From contig JBDHWW010000003.1 in NCBI GenBank assembly GCA_039810425.1, positions 64,001-128,000 of the forward strand: a DNA stretch of 64,000 bases, read 5' to 3'. Every line of letters starts with the position of its first letter. The stretch's first letter is position 1. The position numbers were made by a program, and so were the translations under genes. The notes beneath the pieces are model-generated. The model was given only the letters and a program-made list of their open reading frames with translations, was not told the DNA's origin and ran no database searches. Below are positions 8,729 to 18,922 of the stretch, piece by piece. This DNA comes from Pseudobdellovibrionaceae bacterium. GTDB lineage: Bacteria > Bdellovibrionota > Bdellovibrionia > Bdellovibrionales > Bdellovibrionaceae.

Positions 8729-9580
8729 TTAATCCGTTTCTTCGCTCAGATAAGGCGCCAGTGTTTTTTGAAGTTCAGCAACAACATTGGCATTGCCCGC
8801 GATGATTGAGTTCTTATACGGATTATACTTCTTTCCGCGGTAAGTGACCACTTTTCCACCGGCTTCCTCAACAAGTAACATGCCGGCGGCGCTGTCCCAA
8901 GGCTGTAGGTTTCTTTCCCAAAAACCATCAAACACACCACGCGCCACCAAAGCCAAATCATAGGCGGCCGCACCCGGCCTGCGAACGCCACGGCACTTAT
9001 AAACAATGTCTGAAAAAATTCGCAATTGCTCTTCGATGACTTTTTGTTTTTCAGCAACGAAACCTGTCGCAAGAAGCGCATCCTTCAATCCCGAAGCGGA
9101 ACTGATCTGCAATCTTTTTCCATTCATAAAAGCGCCTTGCCCGCGAACGGCGGTGTAGGTCTCACCCATCTTTGGGCAGTCGATGACGGCCACTTGAATC
9201 TCGCCGTTAATCTCCAACCCCAAGCTGATGCAAAAAATCGGGAACTGATGAATGTAGTTCGTCGTTCCGTCGAGTGGATCAAGAATCCAGCGGCCCCGCG
9301 CACCCGCAGAGGTGAGCTGGACTTTGGCCCCTTCGTAGCTCGACTCCTCGCCCAAAAATTCAATACTAGGAAAATTTTTCCTCAAATAATCCGAGATTAC
9401 TTTCTCGGATTCCTTATCTGCTTCGCTCACCAATCCAGCCTGAAATTTTTCAGAAATGTGCTGTAGATTGCCTATATATTTGAGTAGGACCTCGCGGCCA
9501 AGTCGACAGGCCTTAAGTCCCACATGCAGGGCTCGCCCCAAATCTACTGAATTTGCATTGTTTTCCCCAGATGTTTCCAC
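8729..9580 (-). CDS. suhB: Inositol monophosphatase family protein SuhB
   Basis: LGEE, WILDPLDGTTNY, RRPGAAAYDL and WDSAAG motifs. Confidence 0.92.
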   Translation of the reverse strand: METSGENNANSVDLGRALHVGLKACRLGREVLLKYIGNLQHISEKFQAGLVSEADKESEKVISDYLRKNFPSIEFLGEESSYEGAKVQLTSAGARGRWILDPLDGTTNYIHQFPIFCISLGLEINGEIQVAVIDCPKMGETYTAVRGQGAFMNGKRLQISSASGLKDALLATGFVAEKQKVIEEQLRIFSDIVYKCRGVRRPGAAAYDLALVARGVFDGFWERNLQPWDSAAGMLLVEEAGGKVVTYRGKKYNPYKNSIIAGNANVVAELQKTLAPYLSEETD

Positions 9581-9701
9581 TACGAAGGCCTTTCCTAGAC
9601 TGGTCCTTTATTGACCGACTTTTTGCCTAACGCTAACATAAATATAGAGTCAATGGAATGACTCCAATTCAACTTTTAAGCTACCCCAAGGGGATTCATA
9701 A

Positions 9702-10472
9702 ATGGGCGCAAAAACGGACGTGATTGTTAAATTGGTTCTCGTGTTTTTTATTTCGTTGTTGTCATTTTCCATCGGTACCTTCGTCGGTAAGAAGTACAGC
9801 GATAATCAACACAAACTTGCCGCCTTAGAACCAGGCAAAAGTGAACATGGTTCACGCGAAGTCGCTTCTGAAAATGAACACGGCGGTTCAGGTGTTGCGG
9901 CAAAAGCTGGAGAAGGCATGAGCGATGAAGAAATCGCGAAATTGGCTGAAGAATTCGTGGCAGACGATACAACGGCAACAACCGCCGCATCCAGCGAGGA
10001 AGCAAAAACAGAAACCGGCCATGGTGCGAAAGCAGAAAAAACCGTTGCAAAAGAAGAGGCTCCCGCGGCTAACGCAAAAACCCGTTCACTTGAAAAAGCA
10101 GAGCCTTTGTCCGCAGCAAAAAATATCGCTCATGGTAAAGCTGCGACCGCTGCTGTTGCTGAAGAGAAAAAGATCGAAAAAGACACGCGCGTGCCTTCCA
10201 GCATTCCTAAAGATGTTGGCCAGTACTCTACAGGTAAATTCACGGTTCAGGTCGGTTCTTACGCAAAGGAAGAAGAAGCCCAGAAAATCGCCGGCGATTT
10301 GAAATCTAAAGGCTTCAGCGCTTTCTACATCCCAGCAAACGTAAAAGGCCAAACTTGGTTCCGCGTCAGTGTTGGTTTGTTCGCGACCCCGAAAGAAGCG
10401 CAAGACTACAGAACAGAGCTCATGAGCAAAGCAAAACTTAGCACAGCTTTGGTTCAGAAAATCATTCAGTAA
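9702..10472 (+). CDS. SPOR domain membrane-anchored protein (FtsN/DedD-like)
   Basis: N-terminal TM helix, low-complexity linker, C-terminal FTVQVGSY...WFRVSVGLF SPOR motif. Confidence 0.85.
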   Translation: MGAKTDVIVKLVLVFFISLLSFSIGTFVGKKYSDNQHKLAALEPGKSEHGSREVASENEHGGSGVAAKAGEGMSDEEIAKLAEEFVADDTTATTAASSEEAKTETGHGAKAEKTVAKEEAPAANAKTRSLEKAEPLSAAKNIAHGKAATAAVAEEKKIEKDTRVPSSIPKDVGQYSTGKFTVQVGSYAKEEEAQKIAGDLKSKGFSAFYIPANVKGQTWFRVSVGLFATPKEAQDYRTELMSKAKLSTALVQKIIQ

Positions 10473-10491
10473 GATTCATTAAATCTAAAGC

Positions 10492-10526
10492 AAAAAAGCC
10501 CTTGGCCAAAACCGAGGGCTTTTTTT
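10492..10526. terminator. Bidirectional rho-independent terminator
   Basis: AAAAAAGCCCTTGG-ccaaaa-CCGAGGGCTTTTTTT between convergent genes. Confidence 0.8.
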
Positions 10527-10563
10527 GTCCAAAAACCTCTTGGCCAAAGATCAAAATACTTTT

Positions 10564-11124
10564 TTAAAACTCTACCCCAAGACGCAGGAGCATGCCCAGC
10601 TGAGGATTGGGGTCAAAGTTTTTTCCGGCCATGACGCGGCCTTCGAAGCTCACGAGAACGTAACGGAAAAGCAGGCTCTGGGCACCGGCGGAAACTCCGC
10701 CCATCATTTGCAAGCCCGTAGAATCTTCTGAACTTCCACTGCCGGCAAGGGTCGTCGTCACTTTCTCGGTATAGCCGCCAGCAGCACCTGCGGCGAATAA
10801 GTCCAGCATTTCAAAGTTTATGAGATTTTGCTTCCACCAAAAAAGAAACTCTTCGTGGCTGCGATCCAAAGCTAAAGCGGCATTCCCCGTTTTTTCATCA
10901 AATTTGGAGTATTCAAAAAGAACCGTCGACGGACCTTTGCGCACGCCGAAAGCCAAACCAAACGGATGACGATCCACCATCTGCTGAGTCGCATCGCGCT
11001 CCCAGCGGATTTCGCCATTGAGTGGAAAAATATCATAGCGCCAGGGAACCGCCGGAGTGGACGCCGCCGCTTGTGCGTGAGCGACTCCCAGCATTACCAA
11101 GATGGCAACAACAAAGGCTTTCAT
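10564..11124 (-). CDS. Small outer membrane beta-barrel protein
   Basis: Signal peptide, alternating beta-strand pattern, C-terminal RLGVEF (terminal Phe). Confidence 0.7.
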   Translation of the reverse strand: MKAFVVAILVMLGVAHAQAAASTPAVPWRYDIFPLNGEIRWERDATQQMVDRHPFGLAFGVRKGPSTVLFEYSKFDEKTGNAALALDRSHEEFLFWWKQNLINFEMLDLFAAGAAGGYTEKVTTTLAGSGSSEDSTGLQMMGGVSAGAQSLLFRYVLVSFEGRVMAGKNFDPNPQLGMLLRLGVEF

Positions 11125-12533
11125 GACTCGCCACCCACAGCCACCGGAAAAGGCTTGATCGTCGCGGATGGCTTTGGGCGATCTTCTTCAGAAGGACGCA
11201 AAGAAGCGGGCGCGGCCTTTACCTTGCCGTGATCCGTGTCATTGGATTTGTTAACGATTTCATCTAAGAAATCTTTCTCGTCACTATGAATACCATCGAC
11301 GGAACTCTTCAGCATCGTGAAGAAGTGTTCCGGGCTGAAGTATTTACGGTCCCGGTACTTCAAAATTTCGGTTCTCAGGCTTGGCAGAGTCTTAACAATC
11401 GCCATTGCCACCAGCTTCCGGGCCTCGATCGAGGTCAAACCTCGTGAAGTCTCGACCACCTTGGCAAAACGCTTCAAGGTACGGGCATAGTCCGTTCCAA
11501 GGCAGTAGGCAACGCGGTCACCGCCACAGGGATTCTTGGTCCCATCAAAGAAGTTTTGCACCTTTGCCATCGCCAATCGCGCGCTGAAATCCTCTTTATT
11601 CGGGAATTTATAGTCCGCGACTTCTTTCTCGGTCAGATCCAAAGTGCGGTCTTTTTCTTCTGAAGGCAATGAGCGCTTCAAGAAGTTCGCATCGCCCGTG
11701 TAAACCCAAGCCCAGAAGTCGGCGAGGCCTTCATTCACCCCGCGCGAGAACACTCTGTGGTATCTCTCGATTTCGTCATTCGGCGTTTCAACCTTCGCAA
11801 TATTCAAAGGCTCACCAACAATCGCGCTTCCCAAAACAGCTTCACGGACTTTTTTCCCATGCAGAGGTTTTGTTTCTTTATCAAACATCTCTTTTTCGAC
11901 AAGTTTGTAATAGAGCGAGTGGAAATGCTCATGGGCCAGGATACCGGCATTCACCGCGATCGGCAGATTGTTCTGAGTATAAGGCACCACTAAAATCGCA
12001 TCCGTCGGGCCATCGTAAAACGCATTATTCGCATCGAAATTGTCGCCACGGCGGTAGCGAACAGCCACACCCACATCGCGCGGCCATGTATTCACGCCAC
12101 CCGCACCGACTTCGGCGTCCAAAGCCGCCAAGTTTTGCAAGTGGTTATAAATCACCGTCATCTGCTGGGAAAGCTCGTCAGCCGCAACATAGAGATCACC
12201 AGATTTGATAAAACGAGTTTTTGGCTGGATGCCAGTGATTTTACCCTGAACAGCAGAGGGGAAAATATAAAATTTAGCAAATTGACCGTTAAATTCGTAG
12301 AGAGAAGTAATGCCCTGAAGAGTCACCTCTTGAAGGCTGTAATCGCCCCCTTCGGCGGCGACTGGAATACGCGTTTTGACGTCTCCAGACACTTTGCTTG
12401 TATCCGGCTCCCGGTTACAACCCACATTAGTGGCAACGAGAGCGATTCCCAACAGAGATTGCAAAAGGCCCATTCCAAAAAGCTTCACAAAAAGGTCTCC
12501 GGCGACTATAAGTTTCAGGTACCCACTCAGCAA
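11121..12533 (-). CDS. Secreted or lipoprotein zinc metalloprotease, thermolysin/fungalysin (M4/M36)-like; true start probably slightly downstream
   Basis: NNAFYDG, HEHFH (HExxH) and NEGLADF third ligand; possible lipobox NVGC. Confidence 0.7.
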   Translation of the reverse strand: MLSGYLKLIVAGDLFVKLFGMGLLQSLLGIALVATNVGCNREPDTSKVSGDVKTRIPVAAEGGDYSLQEVTLQGITSLYEFNGQFAKFYIFPSAVQGKITGIQPKTRFIKSGDLYVAADELSQQMTVIYNHLQNLAALDAEVGAGGVNTWPRDVGVAVRYRRGDNFDANNAFYDGPTDAILVVPYTQNNLPIAVNAGILAHEHFHSLYYKLVEKEMFDKETKPLHGKKVREAVLGSAIVGEPLNIAKVETPNDEIERYHRVFSRGVNEGLADFWAWVYTGDANFLKRSLPSEEKDRTLDLTEKEVADYKFPNKEDFSARLAMAKVQNFFDGTKNPCGGDRVAYCLGTDYARTLKRFAKVVETSRGLTSIEARKLVAMAIVKTLPSLRTEILKYRDRKYFSPEHFFTMLKSSVDGIHSDEKDFLDEIVNKSNDTDHGKVKAAPASLRPSEEDRPKPSATIKPFPVAVGGES

Positions 12534-12583
12534 TTGACAAACTGCGTTATATATACCCTAACCCGCGCTGGAATTCCTTAAAA

Positions 12584-14854
12584 ATGGATATTTTTGCAAA
12601 AATCACCCAACACTTAAACCCTCCCCAAAAAGATGCCGTTGAGACTTTAGATGGTCCTATATTGATTTTGGCGGGTGCCGGCTCCGGAAAAACCCGGGTT
12701 TTAACCAATAGAATGGCCAATATTATCGCCCGGGGAGCCGCCAGCCCCGACGAAATCCTGTGTGTGACCTTCACCAACAAGGCCGCCAAAGAGATGGAGC
12801 ACCGGATTTATAAGACCCTGTCCGACATCGGCGCCCCGATCCGTAGCCAGCTCTGGATCAGCACCTTCCATAGTTTCTGCGTCAGAATCCTGCGCCAACA
12901 CATCACGCTTTTGGACTATAAAAACGGCTTCGGCATCTATGATTCTTCAGACCAGTTGAGCCAGATCAAAAAAGTCATGAAGATTCTGAACATCAACGAC
13001 AAGATGTACCCGCCAAAGAATTTCCAGGGCCGTATCAGCGACGCCAAGATGCTGGCACTGACGCCGGACGAACTCAAAAAAGCCGGCCGCCCGATGATGG
13101 ATCCAAAGACACTCGAAGTGTATAGCCTGTATGAAACCGAAATGAAAAAGGCCAACAGCCTGGATTTCGACGACTTGTTGTTAAAGACCTACGAACTCTT
13201 CCGCATGTATCCGGACATCCTTGAGTCTTACCAAGACAAGTTCAAATACATCATGGTGGATGAATATCAGGATACGAACCGTATTCAATACCTCCTCGTG
13301 CAAATGCTCGCGAATAAGCACCACAATCTCTGTGTTGTCGGCGACGAAGATCAGTCGATCTATAGCTGGCGGGGCGCGGATATTTCGAACATCCTCAACT
13401 TCGAAAAAGACTTCCCCGAAGCCAAAGTCGTTAAGCTGGAAGAGAACTATCGCTCGTCGAGCAACATTGTGACGGCGGCGACCCATGTGATTAAGAACAA
13501 CACCCAACGTAAAGACAAGACGCTCTTTACCTCAAACCCTGACGGTGACTTGATCCAGGTCCGTGAAGAAAAGAACGAATACGATGAGGCTCGTTTCGTC
13601 GCAAAGACCATTCAGAGCATGATGGACGCGGGCGAAGGCTCGTACAATGACTACGCGGTTTTCTATCGCACCAATGCCCAGTCGCGCGTGCTCGAAGAAC
13701 AGCTCCGCACCCTCGGAATTCCCTATCGCCTGATCGGCGGCGTGAAGTTCTATGAGCGCATGGAGATCAAAGACATTATCTCTTATATGAAGCTGGCCGT
13801 GAATCCGGCCGACGATGTCGCGTTCAAACGTGTGATCAACGTCCCTGCCCGCGGCATCGGCAAAACCACCGTCGACAAACTCGAAGAGTTTGCGATTGAG
13901 CACAAGCTGAGCCTCTCCATCGCGGCCCAGAAAGCGGTCGACACGAAGCTCTTTAATGCCGGCACGACGTCCAAAATCCGCCGCTTCCTCGAAATCACGG
14001 AAGAACTGCAAGTTTCAGCGGGCCAGTTCAAACTGCCTGAGTTTTATCACATCCTCTTGGACCGCACGGAATACGTCAATGCACTGAAAGCTGAAGATTC
14101 ACCGGAAGCCCAGGCCCGTATTGAAAACTTGGATGAGTTGGACAATGCTATCACTCAATTCGTGAAAGAACGTGGCGAAGAAAGTTCGCTCTTGTCATTC
14201 CTTGAAGAGATGGCCTTGGTGGCTGATGTGGACTCATTGGATTATGAGGTCAATGCCGTCACACTGATGACTTTGCATATCTCTAAAGGTTTGGAATTCC
14301 CTTATGTCTTTGTCGTCGGTCTTGAAGAGAACCTCTTCCCGAGCAACCGCGGCGTGGATGAGTCGGGCAATGAAGATGTTGAAGAGGAGCGACGCTTGGC
14401 TTACGTGGGCATGACCCGTGCGCGCCAGAAGCTTTGGATGACTTACACCCGTGTCCGCCGCGTTTGGGGGCAGGAGCAGTTCAATCCGCCGTCGAGATTT
14501 ATAAAAGAAATTCCGCAAAAGCTCGTTGAATTTAAATCCGCTATCGATGCTCCCCGCTTCTTGTCGCGCTATGGTGCCTCGGGTGGTGGCGATTATGACG
14601 ATGCGGTTGCACATTCTCCTAAATTCCGTCAAAGCAAGACGGATTATGATTCACAAAGCTTTCCCGACTATGACGAAGACGGAGGCAAAGGCAGCAGTTA
14701 CCATAAGGGCATGCGCGTGCGTCATCCAACCTTCGGCGTCGGTTCGGTATTTGCAACCGAAGGTGCGGGCGATGATCTTAAGGTGAGTGTCATGTTCGCG
14801 GATCAGACGGTGAAAAAGTTTATCGTCAAATACGCTCGCCTGGAAAAAGTTTAG
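12584..14854 (+). CDS. pcrA: ATP-dependent DNA helicase PcrA/UvrD
   Basis: LAGAGSGKT, TFTNKAA, VDEYQD, VGDEDQSIYSWRGA, TLHISKGLEF, EEERRLAYVGMTRA; C-terminal Tudor-like RVRHPTFGVG. Confidence 0.97.
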   Translation: MDIFAKITQHLNPPQKDAVETLDGPILILAGAGSGKTRVLTNRMANIIARGAASPDEILCVTFTNKAAKEMEHRIYKTLSDIGAPIRSQLWISTFHSFCVRILRQHITLLDYKNGFGIYDSSDQLSQIKKVMKILNINDKMYPPKNFQGRISDAKMLALTPDELKKAGRPMMDPKTLEVYSLYETEMKKANSLDFDDLLLKTYELFRMYPDILESYQDKFKYIMVDEYQDTNRIQYLLVQMLANKHHNLCVVGDEDQSIYSWRGADISNILNFEKDFPEAKVVKLEENYRSSSNIVTAATHVIKNNTQRKDKTLFTSNPDGDLIQVREEKNEYDEARFVAKTIQSMMDAGEGSYNDYAVFYRTNAQSRVLEEQLRTLGIPYRLIGGVKFYERMEIKDIISYMKLAVNPADDVAFKRVINVPARGIGKTTVDKLEEFAIEHKLSLSIAAQKAVDTKLFNAGTTSKIRRFLEITEELQVSAGQFKLPEFYHILLDRTEYVNALKAEDSPEAQARIENLDELDNAITQFVKERGEESSLLSFLEEMALVADVDSLDYEVNAVTLMTLHISKGLEFPYVFVVGLEENLFPSNRGVDESGNEDVEEERRLAYVGMTRARQKLWMTYTRVRRVWGQEQFNPPSRFIKEIPQKLVEFKSAIDAPRFLSRYGASGGGDYDDAVAHSPKFRQSKTDYDSQSFPDYDEDGGKGSSYHKGMRVRHPTFGVGSVFATEGAGDDLKVSVMFADQTVKKFIVKYARLEKV

Positions 14855-14925
14855 TCTTGACTGTACCCACAGCTGTGACAAAGTTTTTGTTATTCATTTT
14901 TAAATAACAACTAAGGAGTCATGCA

Positions 14926-15504
14926 GTGAGAAAGTTCGTTCAGAAGGTAATTGCAGCTACGGTCGTGATCGCATCTGCTTCAACCGTCTACGCACAATAC
15001 GGATCTCGTGGTTACACTGGTTCTTCTACTTACGGTTCATCCGTGAGCTTCTCTAGCCCGAACGAAATCATTCTCAACTTGCCTGGCGTAACCACCAACG
15101 GCAGCCTGCAGTCTGGCAAGCAATGTAAAAATTGTGACCGCCAAACGGTCATCACTATTGGCGGCAACTACCTCCGCACTATTAACGCTAACATCCAAGC
15201 AGGTGCGCAAGCTCAAATCCAGTCTTTCAGCGAGACCTTGCTAACCCTCGTGGCTTTAGGTGTTTATAACTTCGATACGACATTCAAAGACGCGTTCTTC
15301 GCTCAAGGCGGCCTTGGTATCTATCCAGTTATTAAGGACAATGGTACTGGCCATGAAAGCAAGTTTGGCCTTATGATTGGTGGCGGTAAACGCTTCCCTC
15401 TTTGGGGCAACGTAAACTACATCCCCTCTGCCTCACTGGTGAAACGCGGTGACTTGGATATCGGCTTTGATATCGAGTTCTTGAACTTCTCTGTCATGTT
15501 CTAA
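14926..15504 (+). CDS. Outer membrane beta-barrel protein
   Basis: AAGGAG RBS, signal peptide, beta-strand pattern, terminal Phe (FSVMF). Confidence 0.65.
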   Translation: MRKFVQKVIAATVVIASASTVYAQYGSRGYTGSSTYGSSVSFSSPNEIILNLPGVTTNGSLQSGKQCKNCDRQTVITIGGNYLRTINANIQAGAQAQIQSFSETLLTLVALGVYNFDTTFKDAFFAQGGLGIYPVIKDNGTGHESKFGLMIGGGKRFPLWGNVNYIPSASLVKRGDLDIGFDIEFLNFSVMF

Positions 15505-15619
15505 GACGAAACTGGATCTAAATGCGGATTGAAAAAGGGACCTATAAAGGTCCCGGCAGTCGGTGGCGCCCTGTTTCAGCACTTGTTTCTAGTCCTTTAC
15601 GTCGTCTAAAGTCTTCGGA

Positions 15620-16057
15620 ATGACGAAATATCTTTTACCTCTGCTTTGTGTTTTCCTTTGTTCCTGCGCGAGTATCATGGGAAAAATTCTGGAAGAGCCT
15701 AAAGTGAGTCTCGCGGGAATCTCCGTCAAAGATGCTGACCTGAACGGCGCCACACTCGTCTTTGATATTGCTGTCGAAAATCCCAACAGCGTTGAAATCA
15801 AAGTTGATAGCGTCAGCTACAAAGTTTTTCTGAACAATAGAGAAATCACCCAAGCCTCAACGGACAAAGCGATCGAGATTGCCGGCAAGTCCACGGGCAA
15901 TTTTAATTTGCCACTGCCCATTGAGTACCGCAAAGTTTTTAGCGACCTTAAGGAGTTGCTGTTCTCGGAGTCTGCCTCCTATAAGATCGAAGGCAGTGCC
16001 AAAGTAAATTTGTTTTCGATTCCATTTTCCAAAGAAGGCCATGTAAAGTTACGCTAG
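15620..16057 (+). CDS. LEA_2/WHy domain lipoprotein
   Basis: Lipobox LCSC; VENPN motif typical of LEA type 2. Confidence 0.8.
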   Translation: MTKYLLPLLCVFLCSCASIMGKILEEPKVSLAGISVKDADLNGATLVFDIAVENPNSVEIKVDSVSYKVFLNNREITQASTDKAIEIAGKSTGNFNLPLPIEYRKVFSDLKELLFSESASYKIEGSAKVNLFSIPFSKEGHVKLR

Positions 16058-17241
16058 CGCTTGGCGCTCTTCAGCTCTTCCCACTCTTCTTGATACACCT
16101 CGAAATCAAGTGGTTTCACAATTCGATTCGCCGGTGGACTCACATAGTCGGCTTCGACGCCGTCCCAGCCACGGTAGCTGCGCTTTTCAAGCGAGTATGA
16201 GGTCTCAAAATTAGGGACGTAATAAGCCTTACCGCCACCATCAGGAATATCCACGGATAGATTCGGCATCGCAAGACCGGACAGATTTCCCCAAAGCTCT
16301 TTTTGAATCTCGAGAGAATCTTCGATGCTCGTACGCAAGTGATCCGTTCCACGTGATGGATCACACTGGAACATGTAATAGGGCTTCGCACGCAGATACA
16401 GCAATCGGCGCGATAGAGCTTGCACGATCGCCGGATGATTGTTCACGCCGTTCAATAGCACCATCTGATTCATCACCGGTATGCCGTTGTCCACAAACAT
16501 CTCAACAGAAGCCGCCGCCTCTTCGGTGATTTCACGCGGATGATTGAAATGCGACATCAAAAACACCGGCTTATGTTTCCTCAAGATTTTTACGAGGTCC
16601 TCACTCACGCGCATGGGGCACACCACCGGCATGCGAGTTCCCACACGGATAATTTCAACGTGATCAATCTTACGCAAATCAAACAGCGTTCGATCCAATT
16701 GGGCATCACTGACTGTTAGCGGATCCCCACCGGACAGGATCACTTCGCGAATCCCCGTATGGGACTTGATATACGCTAAGGCCTCCGTGTACTCGTTTTG
16801 TTTAATGAACGCCTGCTCTTGGCCGGTGAAGTGTTTACGAGTGCAATAGCGGCAGTACACGCTGCAAATATCAGTGATCAAAAACAGCGCGCGGTCCGGA
16901 TAACGATGAATAATTCTTGGCGCGGGAGTATTTCGGCGCTCGGCCAAAGGATCGAGCATCGCCTGCGTTGGCGTCGCAAGCTCCAGAGTGTTCGGCATCA
17001 GGATTCGGCGAACCGGGTCAGCAGGGTGCGCACCAGCAAGGCTCGCATAGTACGGCGTCGTGCGGATATTAAACATCTCCGCACCCTCACGAAAGGCTTC
17101 ACGCTCTTCCAAACTTAAATCAAACATCGCCGCAAAATCCGCCTGGGATTTCAAGCTCTTTTGCAACTGCCAGGTCCATCGGCTCCAATCAGAAGTGGCG
17201 ATAGCGTCAGGTTTTGGAGCTCGATTAAATTGCAGTTTCAT
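16054..17241 (-). CDS. KamA family radical SAM enzyme (lysine 2,3-aminomutase-like)
   Basis: HRYPDRAL, CSVYCRYCTRK, ILSGGDPL, NQMVLLNGVN, PDGGGK (PLP lysine). Confidence 0.9.
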   Translation of the reverse strand: MKLQFNRAPKPDAIATSDWSRWTWQLQKSLKSQADFAAMFDLSLEEREAFREGAEMFNIRTTPYYASLAGAHPADPVRRILMPNTLELATPTQAMLDPLAERRNTPAPRIIHRYPDRALFLITDICSVYCRYCTRKHFTGQEQAFIKQNEYTEALAYIKSHTGIREVILSGGDPLTVSDAQLDRTLFDLRKIDHVEIIRVGTRMPVVCPMRVSEDLVKILRKHKPVFLMSHFNHPREITEEAAASVEMFVDNGIPVMNQMVLLNGVNNHPAIVQALSRRLLYLRAKPYYMFQCDPSRGTDHLRTSIEDSLEIQKELWGNLSGLAMPNLSVDIPDGGGKAYYVPNFETSYSLEKRSYRGWDGVEADYVSPPANRIVKPLDFEVYQEEWEELKSAKR

Positions 17242-17498
17242 AGGCGCTTTCAGTCCTTTGCGTGGAGGTCTTTATAACAAACCTAAGACCCTTAAACCAC
17301 AGTGATTTTCGCGTTTTCCTAAACTGAGACACCAGAAGTTCAACAACTGTCTAGGCTCGTTTCAAACCGAGACAAGACTTTTTCACTTGAAAAACCAAAG
17401 GCTTAGAGCGGTTTCGCAGCTGGAGCACGTTGGCGTGGGCCTCGCTTTACACATTGTTAGCAACAAGGGCCAAGATGGCTCATTTTTAGGAGGATGAT

Positions 17499-18881
17499 AT
17501 GAAAAAACTCACAGATACCCAAAGAAAGTGGGCTCTGACGGCATGTTTAGCTTCCGTACTTAGCTTCAACATGGTGTTAAGCCTGTCCGGTTCCAGTTAT
17601 GGTTCGATGAGCCTGGCTTCAACTGAACCACGATACGTATCGATAATCTCTAATAAAGGAGAAAAACTCGAAGTTAAGTACGTAAAAGGCGAAAAAGGTG
17701 AAGCCATCGCGTACATACCCAAGAAGTCGGAGAGCGGCTGGTGCTATGATTGCGGCGAGAAATATCTCTTGCCAAAAAATTTCGATTCAAACACCGAATC
17801 ACTGGAAGCAGCCCTTCGCATTGCGATGACCGAACGCAACGAGGCCGCAAAAGACACCTCTAAAGAAAAAGATTTGGATGCAAAACCAGCTAAGGAGGTC
17901 GCTGAAAAAGCTCCTCTTCGCCCTGAAAAGGAAGAAGACGACTTCACGGCTCTTCGCGAGCGTTGCGACAAGAAAGACGACGGCGACGAAAAAACTCATT
18001 GCTATGCAAGTGGCTTGACGACGCTTTTGACAAACAAAAAGAAAACTTATGACCGCGATGAAGTTTTGGACCTCTATCGCACAAAGATTGAGCGGGGTCT
18101 CAAAGCTGCTTTGATGGATATTTCCGACCTCGTTCCAAGCAGAAGAAGTCTTGGCCGTAATAACTTCGACTTCGACTTCGACTTCGACCTCAACACTCGT
18201 CGTAACGACGCTCAGAAATTGATTGAGGACATGACCGCGAAAATCACTGGCCGCTATAACTACCTTCGTGAAAGTTTGACGAAATTGGCAGCAAACTCCG
18301 TGTTACAAATACAAGAAATTGCCCAAATGAAGTTGAAGCAGGCTGATCAACTCAAAAATAGAGACCCACAAACTGCATTGCGCTTGCAACAAGAGGGTAC
18401 GGCGGGTCTCCACGCAGCGAACCAAGTTGCTAACAACTTTGGTGGTTCATTGTACGACAGTTTAGAAAGTGCTCGATGGAGCACTTTCATTACGGGCAAT
18501 CAGTTCGATAGCTTGTACTATACAAACTACGCTGATGTTGTGAACCAAGCGATCCGTGGCTTGGCTCAAAATCCGTTGAACTACAATCTTCCAAACGTCA
18601 CTTTGACTGATGGTTCGACAATCGTTGATCAAAATGGTCAAACATACATTGTGACTTCAACGAACAATCGTAACAACACGACGATTCAAAGTGGTGGCCG
18701 TAATATCACGGTGATGATGAACAACTTAACGCCAGCAAATGTCGTGACCGCGATGACTCCGCGTCTTGCTATAAACGGCATTGGTCAGCCAGGCTCTGCA
18801 ACGATCCACGCGATCCAAGGTGTCTCTGCCCCCGTGAATCAAACGACATTGCCGGCCATCCGCGGCGGTCGTGGATACTAA
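17499..18881 (+). CDS. Hypothetical exported or anchored protein
   Basis: AGGAGG RBS, N-terminal hydrophobic helix, CxxC (WCYDC), helical core, low-complexity Asn/Thr tail. Confidence 0.75.
   Translation: MKKLTDTQRKWALTACLASVLSFNMVLSLSGSSYGSMSLASTEPRYVSIISNKGEKLEVKYVKGEKGEAIAYIPKKSESGWCYDCGEKYLLPKNFDSNTESLEAALRIAMTERNEAAKDTSKEKDLDAKPAKEVAEKAPLRPEKEEDDFTALRERCDKKDDGDEKTHCYASGLTTLLTNKKKTYDRDEVLDLYRTKIERGLKAALMDISDLVPSRRSLGRNNFDFDFDFDLNTRRNDAQKLIEDMTAKITGRYNYLRESLTKLAANSVLQIQEIAQMKLKQADQLKNRDPQTALRLQQEGTAGLHAANQVANNFGGSLYDSLESARWSTFITGNQFDSLYYTNYADVVNQAIRGLAQNPLNYNLPNVTLTDGSTIVDQNGQTYIVTSTNNRNNTTIQSGGRNITVMMNNLTPANVVTAMTPRLAINGIGQPGSATIHAIQGVSAPVNQTTLPAIRGGRGY
18165..18188 (+). repeat. In-frame hexamer microsatellite (TTCGAC)x4 encoding FDFDFDFD
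   Basis: ttcgac ttcgac ttcgac ttcgac read directly from the sequence. Confidence 0.9.
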
Positions 18882-18922
18882 TTGAATTGCTTTTAAAATT
18901 GAAAGCATGAATGTGTCATCCT

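Noticed and set aside
16054..17241. KamA radical SAM enzyme as part of the RiPP system, or as EpmB
   Set aside because: It is an aminomutase-type enzyme 13 kb away, with no efp/epmA or peptide gene nearby; substrate left open
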